Assembly (NCBI GenBank): GCA_046543005.1
Contig: JBKHAG010000003.1
Location: forward strand, 1 to 53,963
Direction: 5' to 3'
From: Candidatus Woesearchaeota archaeon
Lineage (GTDB): Archaea > Nanobdellota > Nanobdellia > Woesearchaeales > SKGA01
Length of the DNA stretch: 53,963 nt
Part shown: positions 1 through 7,229 of the stretch, piece after piece
How the letters are laid out: every line of letters starts with the position of its first letter
Position numbering within the stretch: position 1 is the first letter of the stretch
Translations under genes and position numbers: made by a program
The notes under the pieces: generated by a model
Told to the model about the DNA's origin: nothing
Database searches by the model: none
Seen by the model: only the letters and a program-made list of their open reading frames with translations

Positions 1-34
1 ACAATTAAAATTAACACATTAAAATAATAAAACG

Positions 35-215
35 GGCGGCGCCGGGGACGTTCAGTATAGAACGCGGAATGCAGGCCATCGGCGTGCAGATTGTTTCTAT
101 TCTTTTGAACCCCGACTAGGGGATACCAGCAAATACCAGCAATATATCAATTAAATAGCCACTTGCTGATACTTTCCACAGTCCCCTGTGCTAACCAGGT
201 TACACTAACGCCACC
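35..215 (-). tRNA. tRNA-His(GUG) with two introns: 37/38 (51 nt, 125-175) and T-loop 59/60 (55 nt, 49-103)
   Basis: Minus strand reads G(-1) GTGGCGT TA GTGT AACCTGGTTA GCAC A GGGGA CTGTGG[51 nt]A TCCCC TAGT CGGGG TTCAAA[55 nt]T CCCCG GCGCCGC C. The 7-bp acceptor has 2 G:U pairs, and an encoded G-1 lies opposite C73. Anticodon GTG is at 177-179. Both insertions sit in bulge-helix-bulge motifs, and splicing restores the T-loop TTCAAAT. No CCA is encoded. Confidence 0.85.
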
Positions 216-294
216 GCTAGGTTGTATGCAGGAAAAACCAATTTCTTTTTAAAGCTTGCGAGAATACTTATGAATAGATTTTTTGGGTGAATAT

Positions 295-2910
295 ATGAAT
301 TACAAAGAAATTGAAGCTAAATGGCAAAAAAAGTGGGACGATGAACAAACCTACAAGGTTGAAAAAAATGATAAACCAAAATATTACATTTTAGAAATGT
401 TTCCCTATCCTTCTGGAAGCGGACTTCACATGGGTCATGCTTTAAACTATACTATTGGAGATATTCAAGCGCGGTTTAAACATCTTCAAGGTTTTAATGT
501 TTTACACCCTATGGGTTTTGACGCTTTAGGCTTACCTGCAGAAAATGCAGCAATTAACGCAGGAACACATCCTCAAGAGTATACTCAAAAATCAATAAAA
601 CATTTTATCAAACAACAAAAACAATTGGGTCTTAGTTATGATTGGTCACGAGTAGTTAACACCTCGGACCCTTCTTATTACAAATGGGATCAGTGGATTT
701 TTTTGCAATTAGTAAAAAAAGGACTCGCATATCAAAAAGAATCATCTGTAAACTGGTGTCCTAAATGTAATACTGTTTTAGCAAACGAGCAAGTTCAAAA
801 CGAAAAGTGTTGGCGACATGAAGATACAACTGTTGAAGTGAGAAAACTCAAACAATGGTTTATTAAAACAACAGAATATGCAGATGAACTTTACGATAGT
901 ATTGATGCTCTTGACTGGCCTGCGCGAACTAAAGCCATGCAAAAAAATTGGATTGGTAAAAGTCACGGAACAGAAGTTTACTTTAAACAAGGTAAAAAAA
1001 GCTGGGCGGTGTTTACCACGCGACCAGATACTCTTTATGGAGTTACCTTTGTTGTTGTTGCAGCCCAACATCCCGAACTTGATTCTCTTGTTACACCCAA
1101 ACAACGCAAAGCTGTTGATGAATTCTTAAAAAAGACTCATAGCGTTTCAGAAAAAGATTTAGGAGATATGCAAAAGGAAGGAGTATTTACTGGTTCTTAT
1201 GTAACTCATCCTTTAACAAATGAAGAGGTTCCTGTTTATGCAGGTAATTTTGTGGTTGCAGATTATGGTAGTGGCATGGTTATGGCAGTTCCTGCTCATG
1301 ATCAACGAGATTTTGAGTTTGCAAAAAAATACGATATTCCTATTAAACAAGTTATTAGTGGAGAAATAACAAAGACTAAGGCATTTACAGAATCTGGTAA
1401 ACTTTTAGATTCAAAACAGTTTACAAATCTTAACAATAACGATGCGAAAGAACAAATCACGAATTTTTTAGAAGAACAAGGGAAAGGTAAACGAGTTGTT
1501 AACTTTAAACTTCGAGACTGGGGAGTTTCTCGGCAAAGATATTGGGGAACACCCATCCCCATAATCCATTGTAAAGATTGTGGCGCAGTTGCAGTTGCTG
1601 AAGATCAACTTCCGGTTACGCTTCCTAAAGATGTTACTTTTGGAAAAGGAAATCCTCTTAAAACAAATAAGGACTGGCTTAATGTTAGTTGCCCAAAATG
1701 TGGAAAAAATGCTCAACGAGAAACAGATACTATGGATACATTTGTTAATTCTTCATGGTATTTTTTACGATATACAGACCCGCAAAATGATAAGGCAATT
1801 TTTGATCCTGATAAAGCAAATTATTGGGCGCCAGTTGATACGTATATTGGTGGCGCTGAACACGCGTGCATGCATTTGATTTATTTCAGATTTTATACGA
1901 AGTTTTTACGAGACTTAGGATTAGTTGATTTTGATGAACCTGCAAAACACTTGTTTCACCAGGGAATGCTTCACGGCGAAGATGGAGATAAAATGAGTAA
2001 GAGTAAAGGTAATGTTGTATTGCCAGAAACTGTTTCTAAAAATTACGGTATTGATACCGCACGACTTTTTTTAGTAAGTCTTGCAAATCCTGATAAAAAT
2101 ATTGATTGGAGCGAAAAAGGCATTAAAGGAAGCTTGCGATTTATTGAAAAAATTGATTCATATATTGCTACTGTAAAACCAGGAACAACACCTGCCCACA
2201 TACAAAGCGCAATTCATCGAAGCGTTAGAGATATAACACACCACATTAAAGAGTTTAAATATAATTTGGCAATTATTACACTTCGAGAATTATTTGCAAA
2301 AATGCAACTTTCAAAAGAAATCAGTAAAGAAGATATTGAAACATTTATTGTGCTTCTTCATCCTTTTTGTCCTCATTTTAGTGAAGAATGGTGGGAACAA
2401 CAAGGTCATCAAAAAACTATTTGGAATAGTGTCTTGTGGCCAACATTTGATGAAGAAAAAATTGATGAAGCTCAAGAATATTTTGCAACAATAGATACAA
2501 AAATTAGTGAAGATATAAATAAAGTTATGGAATTTGCAAAAATACAAAATCCTCAAAAGATAACAATTATTGTAAGCGACCCTTGGAAATATTCGTTTTT
2601 TAATGAGCTTAAAAAACAACTAAAAACAACAAGAAATGGTGGCGAACTTATCAAACATTTTATGAGTAATGAAAGTTATAAACCATATGGTAAAGTTATA
2701 ACTAAAATCATTCCTAGTGTACTTAAGGACGCAAGCAAAATGCCAGAGTTTAACACTACTCAAAAAGATGAGTTTGATGCTATTAAAAATATCGTTGCAA
2801 CATTACAAAAAACATATCAGTGCACCATTATCGTTGAAAAAGCTCAAGATAGTACGCATAAAAAAGCAACCAATGCGAGCCCATTAAAACCAGCTTTAAT
2901 TTTAGAATAA
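295..2910 (+). CDS. leuS: Leucyl-tRNA synthetase, bacterial type
   Basis: HMGH motif (PYPSGSGLHMGHALNY), KMSKS motif, CP1 editing region, and bacterial-type N-terminus (WDDEQTYKV..KYYILEMFPYPSG). ATG at 295 is preceded by GGGTGA; the track start at 283 is TTG. Confidence 0.95.
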   Translation: MNYKEIEAKWQKKWDDEQTYKVEKNDKPKYYILEMFPYPSGSGLHMGHALNYTIGDIQARFKHLQGFNVLHPMGFDALGLPAENAAINAGTHPQEYTQKSIKHFIKQQKQLGLSYDWSRVVNTSDPSYYKWDQWIFLQLVKKGLAYQKESSVNWCPKCNTVLANEQVQNEKCWRHEDTTVEVRKLKQWFIKTTEYADELYDSIDALDWPARTKAMQKNWIGKSHGTEVYFKQGKKSWAVFTTRPDTLYGVTFVVVAAQHPELDSLVTPKQRKAVDEFLKKTHSVSEKDLGDMQKEGVFTGSYVTHPLTNEEVPVYAGNFVVADYGSGMVMAVPAHDQRDFEFAKKYDIPIKQVISGEITKTKAFTESGKLLDSKQFTNLNNNDAKEQITNFLEEQGKGKRVVNFKLRDWGVSRQRYWGTPIPIIHCKDCGAVAVAEDQLPVTLPKDVTFGKGNPLKTNKDWLNVSCPKCGKNAQRETDTMDTFVNSSWYFLRYTDPQNDKAIFDPDKANYWAPVDTYIGGAEHACMHLIYFRFYTKFLRDLGLVDFDEPAKHLFHQGMLHGEDGDKMSKSKGNVVLPETVSKNYGIDTARLFLVSLANPDKNIDWSEKGIKGSLRFIEKIDSYIATVKPGTTPAHIQSAIHRSVRDITHHIKEFKYNLAIITLRELFAKMQLSKEISKEDIETFIVLLHPFCPHFSEEWWEQQGHQKTIWNSVLWPTFDEEKIDEAQEYFATIDTKISEDINKVMEFAKIQNPQKITIIVSDPWKYSFFNELKKQLKTTRNGGELIKHFMSNESYKPYGKVITKIIPSVLKDASKMPEFNTTQKDEFDAIKNIVATLQKTYQCTIIVEKAQDSTHKKATNASPLKPALILE

Positions 2911-2929
2911 ATGCAAGTGAGGCACTAGT

Positions 2930-3583
2930 ATGAAAAAAGCAATTATCTTTGATTTAGACGGGACGCTTATCAACTCAATACCATATCATTTAGAGATTCA
3001 CAAAGCAGTGTTTAAAGATTTAAATATTACTGTTAGCAATGAATTTTTTCACACTCGTTGTAATGGCAGTTCTCCTAAAGATTTTTACAAAATAATTCTT
3101 GAGCATTACGCGGGAAATCTTGATTTGTACGATAAAGCAATGGTACTATGTGAAGAAAAAGACGCGTTAAAAATCCAAGAACTTAAACAAGTTAAATTAT
3201 TTCCTCAAGTTAGAGACGTCTTAGAAAGGCTCAAAAAACAAGGACTGCTTTTAGCTGTTGCATCATCATCACCAATAAAATACATAGAAACATTTTTAGA
3301 ACATACAGGAATTAAAGACTTTTTTTGTTGTTATACTGGAGGAGATGAAGTAAAACATAGTAAGCCCGCTCCAGATATTTTTTTACGCGCACAAGAAAAA
3401 CTTGGTATTGCTAAAGAAGATTGTGTTATCATTGAAGACGCTGTGCAAGGAGTTCTCGCTGCGCAAAATGCAGGAATTGAATGTATTTGTTTACTCACAA
3501 CAGAAAAAGAAGAAGACATTCCTGAGTACGCAACGATTGCTCAAAGTCACGATAAAATTATCAAACTTATTAAAAACATGTGA
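2930..3583 (+). CDS. HAD-superfamily hydrolase (beta-phosphoglucomutase-like)
   Basis: N-terminal FDLDGTLINS (DxDGT) motif, a later SSS block, and C-terminal IEDAVQG. These match HAD subfamily IA. Confidence 0.8.
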   Translation: MKKAIIFDLDGTLINSIPYHLEIHKAVFKDLNITVSNEFFHTRCNGSSPKDFYKIILEHYAGNLDLYDKAMVLCEEKDALKIQELKQVKLFPQVRDVLERLKKQGLLLAVASSSPIKYIETFLEHTGIKDFFCCYTGGDEVKHSKPAPDIFLRAQEKLGIAKEDCVIIEDAVQGVLAAQNAGIECICLLTTEKEEDIPEYATIAQSHDKIIKLIKNM

Positions 3584-3665
3584 GTAATTTACTGCAACGA
3601 CAGTTTTTACCACAATAAGATTTATTTCAAATTCTAAAACAAGATAACAAGGTGTAAAGAAGATA

Positions 3666-3934
3666 AAAAGTGGCACGCGAAAAGGTGGACAATGCATAAC
3701 ATCGCGGCTTAATCTTATAAGTTCCTTCTCTTTGCAACCCTTTAAACACCCAAATAACACAGTATGGCTGCTCCCGTCAAGGCCTGACCAGATTCAGTGT
3801 TATTTAGATCAAAAAGGACAAAGTATCAACAGTTCTTATAAGACCGCAGACACTACGCTTGCCGCCCTTATCGCTTCGACTCGCCCAACGATCCATTTGA
3901 CGTTACAGGTGAGGATCAACCACCCAGTCTAGCC
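3666..3934 (-). ncRNA. Signal recognition particle RNA (archaeal 7S type)
   Basis: Minus strand contains the helix-8 core TGGTCAGGCC-TTGA-CGGGAGCAGCC (compare the E. coli 4.5S motif CAGGUCC-GGAA-GGAAGCAGCC). It is closed by the 9-bp stem AAATAACAC/GTGTTATTT. Helix-5-like pairing TCTTATAAG/CTTATAAGA is present. The region is GC-richer than its flanks and ends in a T-run. Ends are uncertain by about 5 nt. Confidence 0.8.
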
Positions 3935-3956
3935 AATAAGAAGTAACAAGATACTC

Positions 3957-3965
3957 TTTATAAAT
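3957..3965 (-). promoter_or_regulatory. TATA-box-like element upstream of SRP RNA
   Basis: ATTTATAAA on the minus strand lies about 23-31 nt upstream of the inferred SRP RNA 5' end (GGCTAGAC at 3934). Confidence 0.4.
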
Positions 3966-3978
3966 TCTTCATTTTTAA

Positions 3979-4182
3979 GGCCTTGTTTAAAATACTGTAA
4001 ATTTGTATGCTGCGCGTTATTATTTTTATTTTTATTATTTTTTTTATTATTATTATTATTATTGTTATTACTATCGCTTTTGGACAAATAACGCGCAGGC
4101 GCTAAACAGGTAAGTAAATAGTCAGATTACTGTTTTTGTTGTAATTGGCAGTATACACAAAGACTCCTTTTTGAACAAGGTC
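3979..4182 (+). mobile_element. MITE family A, copy 1
   Basis: Termini GGCCTTGTTTAAAA...TTGAACAAGGTC. Internal hairpin CTGCGCGTTATT/AATAACGCGCAG encloses an approximately 60-nt AT/(ATT)n loop. Near-identical to copy 2. Flanks ATTTTTAA/TTTTTTTA match 6/8. Confidence 0.85.
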
Positions 4183-4442
4183 TTTTTTTAGACACTTTCT
4201 ATAATAAAACATTTATATGCTCTTTTTAGCATCTGCTGTTTTATAGTTTGAAAACTATTTCTCTCATTGCAGTTTATGGGCTCAATTAATTATTTTGCTC
4301 ACGCCAATAGTGCAAAGAAAAATACGCTGAGTATATGAAGTTCTCCTTTCTAAACAGAGTTGTTTTTGAAATAAACACTATGCACCAATTGCGACTCTTT
4401 TCTAAAAGGTGTAAAACAATTCTTTTTGAAACAAAATTCCTC

Positions 4443-5417
4443 TTACAATACGAATAAAAGTAGTTGCAAAATAATAGTCCCTGCAATACAACCAGCAGTG
4501 ATAAAAGGCATTGCAGGATAAAAAGTTCCTTTTTTTGCAATTCTAAAAAGAATCGCTAAAGCAACTAATGAACCAATCGAGATTAGAAGAGAAAATAAAA
4601 TTGCATGTGTAATAAAAACACCTTCTTGTAAAAGTGCAATAAGAACAGATCCTGCAAATAATAAAGGAAAAAGAACATCTCCTCCTCCAAGAATTGCTTG
4701 ATGAGACGACAAAGAAGGTTTTTTTAAAGTTGTTTTCGTAGTGGTTTTTTTAACAACATCAGAGGAAATTTTTTTTGAAGATGATGTGTGTTTTGGAGTA
4801 TATGATATAGAAAAACCAGGAAATAATTTTGATTGCGAAGTAAATTTTGCTAAAGCAATCATATGTTTACTTTTCCACACTGCATACATGTCATATACAC
4901 TAATAATAACTAAAAGCAGTAACGCCCAAAGTGGAGAAAATAAAGGAACCAATATAAGAGCGATTCCCACATATACAAAAATTTCTGTTACATTATGAAG
5001 TAAAGGATGCGAAAACCATATTTTAAGAACACCTAAAAGTAAAGCAATAAAAAAAGCAATGGCTGCAGGAATATACACTCCAAAAGTTACCGTCATCGCC
5101 ATAGTAACAGCCAATAAATACCAAATTTTCCAAACTAACAAGCCCTTTTTTAATCGCACAAGAAGAAGTAAAAGCATAGTTCCTATGCCAACAGCCACGA
5201 CAATATATATCACTGATGAAAAACCACTCATTTCTGGGCGCTCACCAATTGCTGTATCTGCATAAGTAACGTGAAAGGAACTTTCATTTACTGTTTTATT
5301 TTGTTGAATAGAAACGGGTTCAATAATTGCAGTTGAAGATAATAAAAAAAGACCAAGAATTTGAACAATTAAAAATAAAGAAAGTAAAAAAATAGTTTGG
5401 CGAAGAGGGTGTTTCAT
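4443..5417 (-). CDS. Presenilin / signal-peptide-peptidase-like intramembrane aspartyl protease (A22 family)
   Basis: Polytopic membrane protein with the YD motif (ISVYDMYAV), the GxGD motif (LGGGDVLFP) and a PAL-like motif (YPAMPF). A Lys/Thr-rich loop lies between the catalytic TMs. Confidence 0.75.
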   Translation of the reverse strand: MKHPLRQTIFLLSLFLIVQILGLFLLSSTAIIEPVSIQQNKTVNESSFHVTYADTAIGERPEMSGFSSVIYIVVAVGIGTMLLLLLVRLKKGLLVWKIWYLLAVTMAMTVTFGVYIPAAIAFFIALLLGVLKIWFSHPLLHNVTEIFVYVGIALILVPLFSPLWALLLLVIISVYDMYAVWKSKHMIALAKFTSQSKLFPGFSISYTPKHTSSSKKISSDVVKKTTTKTTLKKPSLSSHQAILGGGDVLFPLLFAGSVLIALLQEGVFITHAILFSLLISIGSLVALAILFRIAKKGTFYPAMPFITAGCIAGTIILQLLLFVL

Positions 5418-5429
5418 GTATACACATCA

Positions 5430-5837
5430 CTAGTTTTTTGTAGAAACTTTTTTACGAGATGAGTAATCAGAACTTTTTTTCGTAGTTCGTTTTGCTGCTT
5501 TTTTCTTGCCAGAAGCAGAAGGCGTTTTTCTTACCTTTTTTTTGTTTGCTTGTTTTTTTGCAGTTTTTTTCTTTTTTTGACGAGCATCATATTCTTTTTT
5601 AGAAAGAATTTTTACACGTTCTGCACGTTTTGATTTTGGACTATCAAGGGCAAGCTCATCTTCAACAGGTGCTGCAGTTACACTAATTATTGCTGCAAAA
5701 AACATCATTGCACTTATACCGCCAACGATAAACGCCCAGTTTAAAGAAATTGCTGAAAGCAAAAAAATTGCGGTAAAAAAGCCTAATAAAGATAGAAGAA
5801 AAAATCCTCCTGAAAGGGGTGCTACTTTGTATTTCAT
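5430..5837 (-). CDS. Small membrane protein with Lys-rich C-terminal tail
   Basis: Two predicted TM helices are followed by KKKKTAKKQANKKKVRK..GKKKAAKRTTKK. ATG at 5837 is preceded by GAGGT. The track start at 5870 is probably too long. Confidence 0.5.
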   Translation of the reverse strand: MKYKVAPLSGGFFLLSLLGFFTAIFLLSAISLNWAFIVGGISAMMFFAAIISVTAAPVEDELALDSPKSKRAERVKILSKKEYDARQKKKKTAKKQANKKKVRKTPSASGKKKAAKRTTKKSSDYSSRKKVSTKN

Positions 5838-5902
5838 AGTATATACCTCACATATAGTAAAACATATCAAAACTTTTTACTATTTAGTTCTTTTGTTTTT
5901 TA

Positions 5903-6079
5903 GGCGCTGTCCCAAAAGGTATACATATGTATGCTGCCTTGCGGCGAATTTTTTTGAAGCGAATAAGAAGAACTGTAAAGTTCGCACTTATAATCCTCGA
6001 TTCAAAAATAAAATCTATACGACCCAAGGCGATAACAAAAACGCGCAGTATACTAATCTACACCATGTGGGACAAGCCC
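5903..6079 (+). mobile_element. MITE family B, copy 1
   Basis: Termini GGCGCTGTCCCA / TGGGACAAGCCC. Perfect 8-bp direct repeat GTTTTTTA at 5895-5902 and 6080-6087. Shares AAAAGG..ATGTATGCTGCC and CCAAGGCGATAA..AACGCGCAGTATAC with family A, and an approximately 95-bp core with the copy at 17467-17641. Confidence 0.8.
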
Positions 6080-6093
6080 GTTTTTTAAATAAT

Positions 6094-7107
6094 TTAGTTC
6101 TTATCTTTTTTTGAAGCGATAAGAAGTAAAAGATCAACAAGCCTGTTTGAATATCCCCATTCGTTATCATACCATGCGCAAAGCTTTACCGTATTACCTT
6201 GTACTTTTGTAAGGCTTGCATCAACAATTGAAGAATGAGGATTGGTAATAATATCTGTGCTTACTAAAGGTTGATTGCTATATGCTAAAATATTTTTCAA
6301 ATGATATTTTGAAACTTGAGAAAATAAATGATTAATCTGTTCAAGAGTTACCTTTTTTTCTAATTGACAAACAACATCAGTTAAAGAACCATCGGCAATT
6401 GGTACTCGCACTGCAATCCCATCCAGTTTACCTGATAAATGAGGTAGAACGTGACCAACAGCAATTGCTGCACCTGTTGTTGTTGGTATAATATTAATAG
6501 CTGCGCTTCGTCCTCGACGTTTATCTACGTGAGGAGCGTCTACTAATCGCTGGTCTCCTGTAAATGAATGAATAGTTGTCATAAATGCTTGCACAACGCC
6601 AAAATTATCGTCTAAAACTTTAATAAGTGGAGCTAAACAGTTTGTTGTACAACTTGCATTACTCAAAAAAGGTTCGTTTGCAATGTCTACAGTGTGTTCG
6701 TTAACACCTAAAACAACTGTTGGAATAACATCTTCTTTTGCAGGCGCGCTTAAAATAACTTGTTTTGCTCCTGCATCTATATGTTGTTGCATAAGCTCTT
6801 TTGTTCTAAAATGACCTGAAGATTCTACAACCACATCGATATCTAAAGCTTTCCAAGGAAGAAGAGTAGGATCTGTTTGTGAAACAATTAAAATTTCTTT
6901 ATCATTAATGAGCAAACCATCATTTGTTACAGAAACAGTGCCTTGAAAAAGTCCATGAACAGAATCGTGCTTAAACAAATATGCCAATGTTTCTTTATCA
7001 GTTAAATCATTACAGGCTACAAACTCAATATTTTCTTGAGCAAGACCTGCTCGAAGAACCATTCGACCTATTCTTCCAAAACCATTAATTGCAACTCGTA
7101 ATACCAT
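6094..7107 (-). CDS. gap: Glyceraldehyde-3-phosphate dehydrogenase, type I
   Basis: INGFGRIGR Rossmann motif and active-site SCTTNCLAP; full-length class I GAPDH. ATG at 7107 is preceded by GAGGTG. The track start at 7116 is GTG. Confidence 0.95.
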   Translation of the reverse strand: MVLRVAINGFGRIGRMVLRAGLAQENIEFVACNDLTDKETLAYLFKHDSVHGLFQGTVSVTNDGLLINDKEILIVSQTDPTLLPWKALDIDVVVESSGHFRTKELMQQHIDAGAKQVILSAPAKEDVIPTVVLGVNEHTVDIANEPFLSNASCTTNCLAPLIKVLDDNFGVVQAFMTTIHSFTGDQRLVDAPHVDKRRGRSAAINIIPTTTGAAIAVGHVLPHLSGKLDGIAVRVPIADGSLTDVVCQLEKKVTLEQINHLFSQVSKYHLKNILAYSNQPLVSTDIITNPHSSIVDASLTKVQGNTVKLCAWYDNEWGYSNRLVDLLLLIASKKDKN

Positions 7108-7173
7108 CAAATACACCTCTGAAAAACAACAACAAACGTAGCAAGTGGGGTTTTAACAATACGTGATTGTTTT

Positions 7174-7202
7174 AAACCATTAATTGCAACTCGTAATACC
7201 AT
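7174..7202 (-). repeat. 29-bp duplicate of the gap start region (ATGGTATTACGAGTTGCAATTAATGGTTT)
   Basis: Exact copy of 7079-7107 (gap codons 1-10), located 95 bp upstream, with its own AGGT motif. It opens a 31-codon ORF (7107..7202) whose TGA overlaps the gap ATG (TGATG). Confidence 0.9.
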
Positions 7203-7229
7203 TTTAGATACCTAACATGTACAAAATAA

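Noticed and set aside
35-215. Initial readings as SRP RNA, or as a split or aberrant tRNA because the acceptor strands seemed not to match.
   Set aside because: Registering the 5' end with an encoded G-1 gives a complete 7-bp acceptor plus G-1:C73. Two BHB introns then explain the extra 106 nt. The GGAAAG..CAGCA resemblance to SRP helix 8 is coincidental.
778-2619. Numerous 60-110-aa ORFs antisense to or out of frame with leuS, and similar ones inside ppsA, smc, the surface-protein genes, aglB and the GT4 gene (for example 53080..53532).
   Set aside because: They are nested within long ORFs that carry clear family motifs. Their composition is low-complexity or hydrophobic, as is typical of AT-rich off-frames, and they lack SD motifs.
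3732-3932. 66-aa ORF (and the antisense ORF 3491..3760) in the GC-richer patch after the HAD gene.
   Set aside because: The region folds as an SRP RNA with the conserved helix-8 motif. The ORFs are by-products of the stable-RNA composition.
4022-4081. AT/ATT-rich repetitive stretches in several spacers, considered as possible CRISPR or minisatellite arrays.
   Set aside because: They are microsatellite loops inside MITE copies. There is no repeat-spacer periodicity and there are no cas genes.
5827-6114. 95-aa plus-strand ORF between the small membrane protein gene and gap.
   Set aside because: It spans MITE-B copy 1 plus its target duplication. It has no SD, odd composition, and overlaps both neighbouring gene ends.
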